From a virus (lineage: Duplodnaviria; Caudoviricetes), in the IMG/VR virus record IMGVR_UViG_3300027708_000016: 64,000 nt of DNA; one strand, written 5' to 3'. Position numbers and translations under genes: made by a program. This document shows, piece by piece, positions 40,435 to 49,493 of this stretch. The notes below the pieces were generated by a model that was given only the letters and a program-made list of their open reading frames with translations, was not told the origin of the DNA and did not search any database. Each line of letters opens with the position of its first letter. Positions within the stretch are counted from its first letter, which is position 1.

Positions 40435-41643
40435 TTACAAAGCGGAATTAGAAATCAAAATTCCTTCTACTTGTAAACCTACAATAAGAGTAAATCCTGT
40501 ATCTGCTTTACATTGCCATTGACAATCTGTTTTTTGACTATATGATCTTGGTGATATTCTTACTGATGAATAATTTGAGTAAAAAGGAGATTGTAAAATT
40601 GTGGTAGTTAAACCATTATTGGTTGTATAAGATCTATAACAAGCATTCACTGGACTATTATTATTATTACCTTGATTATTAATTACATAGTTACAAAACG
40701 CATTTACTCTTTCAAGATAAAATGTATAACCATTAGGAACAGTATATACTGTCATTGAACTTCTATCGGTTCCAACTTCAATACTTGCAAGTATATTTGT
40801 TTTATCAGATGTTCCTAAATCAATCTCACCAACTGCCATTGGTGTTCTTGTTAAACTAATTCCATTTATTCTATAATAACTAGAAAGAGTTAAAACCCCT
40901 GTTGTTCCATTTGTTAAAACTAATGTTTCATTTATAGGGTTATAATTTGCATCCAATCCATCGATATAAACAGAGACATTGGTATCAGAATTTGATTTAC
41001 TCCATAAACGAAGTTGTTGAGCAGACGTTAAAAAAGTATAGGTTGAATATTCCCAGATTGGTTGAAATGTTCCACCAACAGCTGAAGCATATCCAGTAAA
41101 ACTTTTTAATGTTGCTCCAGCAATTTTACCTCTCCCAACTTGAAACAACCAATTTGCATCACTTATATTAATACTGCTGATTTGTACAATTCCACTAGAG
41201 GTAACATTTGTTACTGGATTTAAAATAGTAACGGCTGTAACTGGGTTTGTGATAGACACTGCACTAACTGTATTTGTTTGAAATACATTTAATGCATGAT
41301 TGGTAACATATGCATAATTCCCAAATTGATCACCGATTGAAACAGAATCAGCAGTTGCAGTTAAATCTTGAGAAAGTACTCTTAATGCCCCTTGTCCCAC
41401 ACCAATTGGTGCAACGTCTGCATGTAATCCAGTAATCGGATCAGATATATGAACATCACCAATATTAACATTACTGGCACTTAAAGAAATACTTAACCCA
41501 TCAAAGTTTGTTATATAAGATGCTTGAGCATATAAAGGTCTGCCAGCATTATTATCGACTTGAATCCAAGAATTATTGGGAGGTATGTTGGCATTAGCAT
41601 ACCCAGCAGATACTTGGTTACTGAATACATAATTGCCCATCAT
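40435..41643 (-). CDS. Probable virion structural protein
   Basis: T/S/N/G-rich beta-structure; YTVPNGYTFYL; N-terminal motif shared with 25900..26268. Confidence 0.55.
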   Translation of the reverse strand: MMGNYVFSNQVSAGYANANIPPNNSWIQVDNNAGRPLYAQASYITNFDGLSISLSASNVNIGDVHISDPITGLHADVAPIGVGQGALRVLSQDLTATADSVSIGDQFGNYAYVTNHALNVFQTNTVSAVSITNPVTAVTILNPVTNVTSSGIVQISSINISDANWLFQVGRGKIAGATLKSFTGYASAVGGTFQPIWEYSTYTFLTSAQQLRLWSKSNSDTNVSVYIDGLDANYNPINETLVLTNGTTGVLTLSSYYRINGISLTRTPMAVGEIDLGTSDKTNILASIEVGTDRSSMTVYTVPNGYTFYLERVNAFCNYVINNQGNNNNSPVNACYRSYTTNNGLTTTILQSPFYSNYSSVRISPRSYSQKTDCQWQCKADTGFTLIVGLQVEGILISNSAL

Positions 41644-41895
41644 AGACAATTACTTAGCCAACTGTTCTTTATAACCAACAACAAGTTCTTTCCAACTTTC
41701 AAATTTCTCTATTGGTTCTGGTATCTCCCAACCAAAAAACCAAAACTTACCTTTTCTATATTGGGCAATCTCGTAAGTTGGATTACCATCTTTATCTTTA
41801 TCTTTGGAGACAACCAAGTAAAGAAATTCTTCTATTAATTCTGGATTAGTATCGCTCATATTTTAAACTTACCCTGAAAAAAAAAATTTCAAGTC

Positions 41896-42408
41896 TTATA
41901 TCTCACCACTCATCTCACCACTTATAACCTTTCCGTTTAATTTAATTCTTGTAAAAATACGAGAAATGGGGTGATCTTTATAATCAACTAATAGACCTTC
42001 AATTCGCATCTGTCTTGCAAGTAAAATGTTTTCAATTTTATCATCAACATGAAATTGAATTTTTAAATCTTCAAGCCATTGATCTTTGGGTTTGTATTCG
42101 GTGCAGAAAATATTTTCCACTGGAAAATCAACAACACCATTTTTTTTTAAAATTATTAAATTGTTTTCTATACCTACATCTCCGCTACCATTGACAGTCT
42201 CTGCTGAGATAATGTATGTTTTAATTCCCATCTTTAAACATCGTTTAAAGATTTCAAACAAAGGTTTAATAATACTAATATTCTTGGTAACATCATAAAA
42301 ATGATGGTGATCGTGTCTTTCCACTAATGTTCCATGAAAATCAAATGAAACAATTTTTTTGTCAAAAATACCTGTATCTTCTATGGTCACATTACAATTC
42401 CTTGACAA
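41896..42408 (-). CDS. HAD-superfamily phosphatase-like protein
   Basis: SFDFHGTL, IISAE, FHVDD. Confidence 0.65.
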   Translation of the reverse strand: MSRNCNVTIEDTGIFDKKIVSFDFHGTLVERHDHHHFYDVTKNISIIKPLFEIFKRCLKMGIKTYIISAETVNGSGDVGIENNLIILKKNGVVDFPVENIFCTEYKPKDQWLEDLKIQFHVDDKIENILLARQMRIEGLLVDYKDHPISRIFTRIKLNGKVISGEMSGEI

Positions 42409-42913
42409 TACTTAGCTCAAGTATATCAAAATTGCTATCGGTAGAATTGTTTATTTTTGCAATATATTTTTTATTTTCGTAAGAAAATTTTATAATGTCT
42501 CCTATATCAAGTAAAATGTCATTAACCTGTTTCCATTCTGAATTATCCAAATAAAATTTGGAACCATCCTTACTAATATATTTTTCAATGCCTAGCATTT
42601 TTATTTTGGAAAAATATTAAATGTGTAATAAGTCAACCCCACAAAAATTAATAATAATATTACAAGAGCAATATATTTTGGTTTGATCATTTAAATTACT
42701 TATACCTACAAAAGACCGAATCGTTATAGATTTTCTATTTCTTGTTTAATTTCCTCATCCGTTTTCATTCTATAGGTTTCATCAACTGGATTATACACAA
42801 CAAACCCTTCTTTTACGAGATACTGCAATTCAGAAATAAGATCAGTTTCGGTAATTTTTTGGGTATCTTTTTTATTTTTAGCCATAAGTATATAGTATAT
42901 CAACCACTATGAT

Positions 42914-43624
42914 ATGTCAACAATTATGCAAGGACTAAACGATAAAATATGGCAGAACAACGGACGCATTGTTCCAGAAGTCAGAGAAAAATTATTACAA
43001 ATCTCCAAAAGGTTTTTAGATGATTTCATCACACCCGTAACAGTAAAAAATATATACATCGTTGGGTCAATTGCATCTTATCAATGGACACCAACAAGTG
43101 ATATAGATGTCCATATTACAGTAGACATCAATGAACCACATGCTGATAAAAGCACAGATGATTACTTTGATTTGAAAAAAGACTTCTTCAATAGAAGTCA
43201 TAATATTTTTATTAAAGGATTTAAGGTTGAAATCAATATTAATGAAGAAAGTGCAGAGCAAAAACAATTTTGGAAAGATAAACCCGTTTACGACCTTTAC
43301 AATGATAAGTGGATAAAGAAACCAAACTTTAACACGAGAAAACTAAATGACCCTCTGGTTTTAGAAATTTCTTCTTATTTTGAAAAATTAATTAAGAAAA
43401 TGATACGTGATGGAAATCCCTATTATGATTTTAAAAAGTTGAAAGCAACAATAAAAGCATTAAGAAAAAGAGGTTTAGAATATGATGGAGAATATTCCAT
43501 TGGAAACTTAGTATTTAAAAATCTTAGAAACTCTGGAGCAAACGAAAAGCTTTTTACTTATCGAGCAGAATTAGAAGACAAAGAATTGTCTCTTGAAAAG
43601 TTTAAGAACTTTTTTAAGAAGTAA
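42914..43624 (+). CDS. Pol-beta-superfamily nucleotidyltransferase
   Basis: GSIASYQWTPTSDIDVHI, IKGFKVEINI, GEYSIGNLVFK.LRN.G. Confidence 0.85.
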   Translation: MSTIMQGLNDKIWQNNGRIVPEVREKLLQISKRFLDDFITPVTVKNIYIVGSIASYQWTPTSDIDVHITVDINEPHADKSTDDYFDLKKDFFNRSHNIFIKGFKVEININEESAEQKQFWKDKPVYDLYNDKWIKKPNFNTRKLNDPLVLEISSYFEKLIKKMIRDGNPYYDFKKLKATIKALRKRGLEYDGEYSIGNLVFKNLRNSGANEKLFTYRAELEDKELSLEKFKNFFKK

Positions 43625-43874
43625 ATCCGTGTGTTCAATGAAATCAGAAACATGTATTAAAGGACACAAAAACTGATTGTTAACGGGTTCTCCCCATTAC
43701 TCTAGTCACGAATTTAAATTATTCGGGTAAAGAAGAATGAAGGCGTTCCTCCTTTACCCTATCACTGTGTAGCTTTTATTTTAATTCTCATTGGTGATAG
43801 AGTCGAAAGAAAGTGGAAGATATCAGCTTCCACCCCAAGACCCAACAAGAAACCTTACGAACTACTTGGATTAC
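43621..43874. ncRNA. Candidate ~250-nt multi-helix ncRNA (unassigned)
   Basis: Closing GTAA(A)TCC/GGATTAC stem; hairpins GGGTAAAG/CTTTACCC, CTATCAC/GTGATAG, GTGGAAG/CTTCCAC, AATCAG/CTGATT; no ORF. Confidence 0.55.
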
Positions 43875-43877
43875 ATT

Positions 43878-43971
43878 TGGTAGGGTGTATCAGAATTGCA
43901 CTGATGCTCGGCCCTCATCTAGGGCGCACAGATTATAAGTCTGTCGGTACTTCTAATTATACGAACACCCC
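43878..43971 (-). tRNA. tRNA with UAU anticodon and long variable arm
   Basis: ACAGA-CTTATAA-TCTGT; V-arm GCCCT-AGATG-AGGGC; A73-CCA. Confidence 0.8.
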
Positions 43972-43977
43972 AAATTT

Positions 43978-44157
43978 TTAAAGGTCTTCTTCCTCCTTCT
44001 CAGGGTTAATCAAGTTATCGATCTCTTCTTGAATTCTCTTGATCTCATCATTGTATGCCTTTGATGAGGATTTCTTACGATCCTTGATCTCATCCAAATC
44101 CTTGCAGAGTTGGAATACTCTTTCTTCTCTTGTTGTTCTTGCTGTTGTTGTTTCCAT
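43978..44157 (-). CDS. 59-aa coiled-coil protein (not in ORF track)
   Basis: METTTARTTREERVFQLCKDLDEIKDRKK...EEEDL*. Confidence 0.6.
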   Translation of the reverse strand: METTTARTTREERVFQLCKDLDEIKDRKKSSSKAYNDEIKRIQEEIDNLINPEKEEEDL

Positions 44158-44173
44158 ATTGTTTGTTTAAAGT

Positions 44174-44249
44174 TGGTAGCTATGGTCGGATTCGAACCGA
44201 CACTTTACAGATTTTAAGTCTGTTGCCTCTGCCGTTGGGCTACATAGCC
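44174..44249 (-). tRNA. tRNA-Leu(UAA) with short variable loop
   Basis: ACAGA-CTTAAAA-TCTGT; 76 nt; CCA. Confidence 0.9.
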
Positions 44250-45233
44250 ATATTGTTATATGTTTATAATAGTTGTTTCAGAGGTTAATGTCAATACTTC
44301 TTTGTAATCTTTCCCTTAACCTTTACAAAGCCTTCAGTCTTGCCAGAAGTTTTAGGAAAGTTCTGAACAAACTTTTTCATATCAGATACACGAGATTTAG
44401 ATCCTTTTGACATATTATTTGAAGTGGATTTGATATGCTTGGTTTGCAGCGTGAGTAATATAGTGTTTTGCGTTTTTCTTTACCACATCTACAAGATCTT
44501 TTTTAATTGAAGATTTTGTGCTAAACAATGTCTGAGTGTTAATATTTGTTTCCACAAAATGTAGAAAACTATCAAGAGTATCTCTTATGATTTTATCAAT
44601 TTCTAGTTGATCTATTCTTTCTTTATTATTTTCGTTGTTGCTCATAAATTTTTACTTGTTCTTAATAAAGCGACCCTTGTTATCTCTCATGAGTCTTTTT
44701 ACTGGTTTCTTCTTCTTGATAGGGTTAAGGTTAACCGAAGACTTTACATTTTCCCTATAAAACTCAACTGCTTTCTTAAGATTCTTCTTTGTGGTTTTCT
44801 TGGTCTTCTTTGCATACTTCTTAATGATTTCATCCGCTTCATCTGGTGTTACCTTAAATGATGGATTTTTTGAATTAAAGATTTCTGAAACATGCAAACC
44901 TTCATTGGCAAGAAACTCAAGTCTCTTTAAGACATAATTGCCATTGAAACAATGATCACTTGTTGCAAGCTTTAGAATCTCAATAAAGATGTTTGTAATG
45001 TCATCCTCTGAACCATTGTAGTAATCAGAATGAACATACTCATTGAGGTTACTGTGACTATCTAACCATGTATATAGACAGTTAATGCTACTTAGGGTAT
45101 TAACAGGAATAACCTTGTTAATGTTATCAATTACCACACAAAGAGCCTTTGCAACTCTTGAATCTTTATTTGTATTAGTCTCATTCATATAAGACTATCT
45201 TAAGCTTATTTTTTAAAAATGCAAGATTTATTT

Positions 45234-45620
45234 TTACAAACCTGAATTTTCAATATGATCCTCAATCTGGGAAAGCTTTAAATTGTATCCGTGTTCATGA
45301 AGACCCTGTTCAATTTGTTGGGCAAGTTTGTGGTGCTTTACTCCCCATTGCGCCATACCATCGGAATTAGCTCTCTTTGCTTCATAGTCATACATTTTCT
45401 TTGCATGGATAGCATCTTCAATGTCCTTTTTGAATTCATTATCAAAAAGTTTTTGAAGTTGTTCTTGGGACATGTTCTTTAAATAATGATACAAACCACC
45501 TAACCCAGCTGTGAGTGTTCCTGCAACAAGTGCTCCAATTGTTGCCATGTCCTCACTTAAAAGTTGAACTTGGTTATAAGCTTCCTCTAGTTTGATCTGA
45601 TCTTTTTTACTCGTGGACAT
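45234..45620 (-). CDS. Late protein with EAY motif
   Basis: MSTSKKDQIKLEEAYNQVQLLSE. Confidence 0.65.
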   Translation of the reverse strand: MSTSKKDQIKLEEAYNQVQLLSEDMATIGALVAGTLTAGLGGLYHYLKNMSQEQLQKLFDNEFKKDIEDAIHAKKMYDYEAKRANSDGMAQWGVKHHKLAQQIEQGLHEHGYNLKLSQIEDHIENSGL

Positions 45621-45621
45621 A

Positions 45622-45984
45622 TTACTTGCTTTTTTTTATGGGTTTACTTGTAATTTTCTTCCCTGCTTTCTTTGCGCTTTTCTTAATTCCCTTTACAATC
45701 TTTTCTTTTTTCTTGGGGGAGAACTTCTTTCCTGTCTTTTTTTCAACTGACTTCTCCACTGCCCAAGGATTGACATTGGTTTTATTAGATACTGCCTTCT
45801 TCTTTGCCTCTGCAATGATTTCTAAAACCTTTCCCAAAAGGGAAGCTCCTTCTTTTACAAGAGTTGATTTAGCCTTTACCCTCTTACTCTCCTTGAGAAC
45901 TTCCTTTTTCTTCTTTGAAGAATTACTTAAAATATTGGAATATGCTTCGGCTATTAAATCTGAATCGTTGTTTTTCATTTTCAT
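45622..45984 (-). CDS. Lys-rich basic late protein with EAY motif (possible DNA-binding internal protein)
   Basis: DSDLIAEAYSNIL; VNPWAVEKS; about 30% Lys; TAAGTA upstream. Confidence 0.65.
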   Translation of the reverse strand: MKMKNNDSDLIAEAYSNILSNSSKKKKEVLKESKRVKAKSTLVKEGASLLGKVLEIIAEAKKKAVSNKTNVNPWAVEKSVEKKTGKKFSPKKKEKIVKGIKKSAKKAGKKITSKPIKKSK

Positions 45985-46254
45985 ATACTTACTCTCAACT
46001 TTCCAAAACCACCTGTAAATCTCTGAAAAGTTTAAATGCTGCCCCTACACTGAGGTGAAGCAAAATACCCTCAAAGGAAATCTTTATAATGGTGCTCTGG
46101 TTTACTTCTCCACTTTCGTCGAGAATTTCCTCCACCTTGACATTTTTGACAACAAAATTCTGACCTTTCTTTGCCTTGGCAGCAAATTCCTTGGTTTTCA
46201 TTCTCTTATTATAATCTTTTGACATAATATGTAAAGTTAACATTAAAAAAAATT

Positions 46255-46692
46255 TTAGAGTTTTTTCTCTAAAAAGTCCATTTGCCTGAAACCATTGGAA
46301 AGCAATAACTTCAATGAGGCAGAATTATCATGATAGACATCGGCTTTAAGGGTTTTAATTCCCAAGTCCTTAGAGGTATCAAATAAGAAATGAACAAGAA
46401 TATTACCCAATCCCTGACCTCTGAAATCTTTATGCATGACATAGCCAAAAGTTGCCTCCTTCTCCTTTCTCTCGTAAAGGGAAAATCCCCCAATGGGTGT
46501 TTCATTTATCTCTTCCCATTTAAATACGGTGAATCTTTCAACTCTGTTTAAATAATGCCAAAAATCATCATATCTTTCAACAATTGAAGAAATATTCATG
46601 TTTTCAGAAACAAGTTCATCTTCACAGATTTCTTTCCAAAAATCTATATCTTTTTTTTCTATTCTTCTGCATCCGTAGTCGTGGTAATCCAT
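46255..46692 (-). CDS. GNAT (RimJ/RimL-like) acetyltransferase
   Basis: FGYVMHKDFRGQGLG, N.ASLKLL..NGF. Confidence 0.88.
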   Translation of the reverse strand: MDYHDYGCRRIEKKDIDFWKEICEDELVSENMNISSIVERYDDFWHYLNRVERFTVFKWEEINETPIGGFSLYERKEKEATFGYVMHKDFRGQGLGNILVHFLFDTSKDLGIKTLKADVYHDNSASLKLLLSNGFRQMDFLEKKL

Positions 46693-47135
46693 AGGTACTA
46701 ATACTTATGGATAGAGAAATACTAATTTAGAGATGATTTAAAAACTGCTTGGTGTCCATCTCATGATGCACAAGATAATTTTGAAGCTTCTCGGAATTCA
46801 TCAACCCCAAAAGAAAATAATAACGAATTTCCATATCGTTTTTATGATGACGCAAAAAGTTACTAATATGGGTTAAAAGATTCCTCCAATCTTTATAATG
46901 GTCATCTTTTAGATCTATCTTCCAATTGTCATCATCATTACCATGAAGCTCAACGGTAATGACATGATCCTCATCTGGTTCTTCGTCCTCTGTCATCTTG
47001 ATATCCTTCTTCTCATAAAGCATACCATAGAGGTCACCAATCTTTCTGTAATCCAAGTCTTTCACCGTATATTACTTATCGATTAAAAAAATTTTTGTTG
47101 ACTTTTTCAAAAGATAATATAAAATAAAAAATAAT

Positions 47136-47741
47136 ATGAACGAAGAAATATGGAAAGACGTAGTAGGTTACGAGGGATATTATGAAGTTTCAAACATGGG
47201 TAACGTAAGATACTTAAAAAGATATAATAAAAAATGCGAACCCCAACTCATGAAAAAATGGACTAGAAATAAATATCCAGCAGTCACCTTCAATATCAAG
47301 AAAAACGGAGATAAAAGAGCAGTACACAGATTGGTAGCAGAATCATTCCTACCAAACCCAGAAAACAAAAAATGCGTCAATCATAAGAATGGAATCAAAT
47401 CAGATAACAGAGTGGAAAACCTAGAATGGTGTACACATTCAGAAAATAATCTCCATGCCTTTCAAACAGGATTACGAATAAATTCTTGGTTAGGTAAGTT
47501 CGGTCCTGAACACAATTGCTATAAGGGAGACATATTGGCATATAAAAATGGTTTACTAGTTTATACACTTAAAGGAAAGAAAAGCATGGATGAATTTGGA
47601 TTATCTTACAATAGCGTTTTAGAGGTTATTAACAAGATACACAAAAAATACAAAGGTTTAATCTTCATAAGACCTTCGGACTATAAGGGAAACATTTCAG
47701 AAATTTCAGAAAGCTTTTCCATCCAAGGTGAACTCTTCTGA
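47136..47741 (+). CDS. NUMOD4-HNH homing endonuclease
   Basis: EIWKDVVGYEGYYEVSNMG; VHRLVAESFLPNP; VNHKNGIKSDNRVENLEWCT.SEN. Confidence 0.93.
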   Translation: MNEEIWKDVVGYEGYYEVSNMGNVRYLKRYNKKCEPQLMKKWTRNKYPAVTFNIKKNGDKRAVHRLVAESFLPNPENKKCVNHKNGIKSDNRVENLEWCTHSENNLHAFQTGLRINSWLGKFGPEHNCYKGDILAYKNGLLVYTLKGKKSMDEFGLSYNSVLEVINKIHKKYKGLIFIRPSDYKGNISEISESFSIQGELF

Positions 47742-47792
47742 AAAACTTCTGAAGACTTGTAACGACTTGTAACGACTTGTAACGACTTGTAA
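47736..47792 (+). repeat. 10-bp tandem array, left border
   Basis: ttctgaaaaac ttctgaagac then (ttgtaacgac)x3; core AACGACTTGT. Confidence 0.9.
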
Positions 47793-47902
47793 AAGAGTCT
47801 TTATAAGAGGTAGCGCACAAACACACCCCCTATAGGGTACTATAAGGAGTACCCCCCTATATTTTGTATACCCCCTATTTCGGGCATTGCCCCCCATATC
47901 AT

Positions 47903-48059
47903 CGTCTTACGCAAAGGGGTCTATGGGGCATTTTTACGGAGGGGTTCTGCGTCTTACGCACTCCGAAAATCCGAGGGCGTTTTAATGAGACGCTGTTGAT
48001 CGTCTTACGCATCGTAGCAACAGGGGCAAAAAGAAACCCGACCCATTTCTGGATCGGGT
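47903..48059 (-). promoter_or_regulatory. Three direct CGTCTTACGC copies + final intrinsic terminator
   Basis: Copies at 47903, 47950, 48001; hairpin ACCCGA..TCGGGT with T-tract on minus strand. Confidence 0.85.
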
Positions 48060-48079
48060 GACTCTTGGAGTTGGATCGA

Positions 48080-48259
48080 CTACTTCTTCTTTGCCTTGGT
48101 GGGTTTGGCTTGGGCTTCGACCATGTCGAGGATGGTGGATAGTCCTCTGATGCACAGGTCACTCATGTTGAGTTCTGGGTGGGCATCGGTGATTGCCTTG
48201 AGACGGATCTTCACATCGACAGGGCAACGGAAGGTGATGGAGGTGTTACGAGCTTGCAT
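48080..48259 (-). CDS. Ribbon-helix-helix (CopG/Arc-like) DNA-binding protein
   Basis: Beta-strand SITFRC, helix PVDVKIRLKAIT, helix NMSDLCIRGL; basic tail; start refined. Confidence 0.7.
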   Translation of the reverse strand: MQARNTSITFRCPVDVKIRLKAITDAHPELNMSDLCIRGLSTILDMVEAQAKPTKAKKK

Positions 48260-48299
48260 TGTTTTGTTTGTGGTGAGGAGGTTGTGCCTCACGAAAGAC

Positions 48300-48469
48300 A
48301 TACTAGGGAACTGCCCTACTCCGTGCAACTACAATCGTGGGAATCTTTGCGTAAGACGCTCATACTATTCTTGGTCTGGGTATCAGCGTCTTACGCAGCA
48401 GTCTGGGGCAACGGGTTGGTGGAGTCATCGGTGCAGAAAAAAACCCCGACCCATTTCTGGATCGGGGTT
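48300..48469 (-). promoter_or_regulatory. Cassette head 1: terminator - GCGTAAGACG dyad - promoter
   Basis: Dyad 48349/48387 (28-nt gap); TTGCAC-17-TAGTAT with -35 20 nt from motif. Confidence 0.85.
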
Positions 48470-48490
48470 GTCTTGGAAGACGCAGTTATA

Positions 48491-48688
48491 TTATCCCATG
48501 ATGGAGCAATACTTCTTGAAGTCTATTACTCCCTTGAGATAGGAAGCGACAGCGACTTGCTGGGCGATGGGGAATCCCATGAGTTCCGCAGCAGTCAGAA
48601 GTTTCCAAGTGGAATACCTCTTTGCACTCTCTTTGGCATCGGTGAGGTTGCCATTGAGAAGGGAGACGATTGTGTTCCTTGGGTTCAT
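48491..48688 (-). CDS. Small hypothetical protein
   Basis: MNPRNTIVSLLNGNLTDAKE... Confidence 0.55.
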   Translation of the reverse strand: MNPRNTIVSLLNGNLTDAKESAKRYSTWKLLTAAELMGFPIAQQVAVASYLKGVIDFKKYCSIMG

Positions 48689-48689
48689 A

Positions 48690-48893
48690 TTACTTGGAGA
48701 CGAAGGGTGTTTGTGCGAAGGAGACATCGTTCCAATGGAAGGAGACGCATCCCCATGAGTTAGCTTCAAAGAAAGCGGCATGGTGGACAACGGATTGATG
48801 TTGCCAGTAGAGGCTAGTAGCGAGGCAGTCCATCACGCAGATGATGCTGATGGTGAGGATGAGGAGGAGTGTTTCGTAGGTGGATGCTTTCAT
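48690..48893 (-). CDS. Small membrane protein
   Basis: N-terminal TM helix. Confidence 0.55.
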   Translation of the reverse strand: MKASTYETLLLILTISIICVMDCLATSLYWQHQSVVHHAAFFEANSWGCVSFHWNDVSFAQTPFVSK

Positions 48894-48931
48894 TTTAGTG
48901 GGTGGTGAGGAGGTTGTGCCTCACGAGTTAG

Positions 48932-49096
48932 AAGGTAGTGAAAGACGATGGAGGATGCAACAAGAATCGTGGGAATCTTTGCGTAAGACGCTGATATTTG
49001 TCAGGGGTATTAGCGTCTTACGCAGCAGTCTGGGGATGACGGATTTGTTGTCGAGGCACAAAAAAACCCCTACCACTCCGAAGAGCAGTAGGGGTT
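48932..49096 (-). promoter_or_regulatory. Cassette head 2
   Basis: Dyad 48981/49014; TTGCAT-17-TACCTT, 20 nt from motif; terminator about 49060-49096. Confidence 0.8.
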
Positions 49097-49114
49097 CCCC
49101 CTCTACTAAAAGTT

Positions 49115-49456
49115 TTAGGCGACTCCGAGGAGGTATTCCAGTTGAGCCATATACTTGTATGGGACGATGAATGCCCATCCTCCCTCGTGATGAGCATACC
49201 CGACTACTCGCACACCCGAAGCCTTGAAGAGGTTCGTGACGCAGACAAAGGAGTTATTGTCCATAGGGCAGATAACTCGCTTGTTGTTTCCCTGTTGAAG
49301 GGTGATGTATGCAGTTCCCAGTTCGCTCACGCCTGTCTTGGCAGTGACGATGATTCGTGCGTTTGGATCTCCGAAGAGATTGTAGTTCCTTCGCTTGCCA
49401 CCCATGTTCCAGTTGAGGATGGAATCATTGATGGTGTTGTTGTTGTATTGGTTCAT
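49115..49456 (-). CDS. Hypothetical protein
   Basis: Start refined to MNQYNN downstream of promoter and leader. Confidence 0.6.
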   Translation of the reverse strand: MNQYNNNTINDSILNWNMGGKRRNYNLFGDPNARIIVTAKTGVSELGTAYITLQQGNNKRVICPMDNNSFVCVTNLFKASGVRVVGYAHHEGGWAFIVPYKYMAQLEYLLGVA

Positions 49457-49493
49457 TTTAGTGGAGGTGAGAGGGTTGTTTCTCACGAATTGG

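Noticed and set aside
43621-43874. RNase P RNA, group I intron or hammerhead identity
   Set aside because: GAGGAAAGUCC, P7 (GACUA/UAGUC with flanks) and CUGAUGA/GAAA cores not found; kept only as an unassigned ncRNA candidate
47706-48060. ORFs 47706..47897, 47864..48061 and 47899..48162
   Set aside because: They span repeat arrays and a terminator with no recognisable protein features; the region is regulatory
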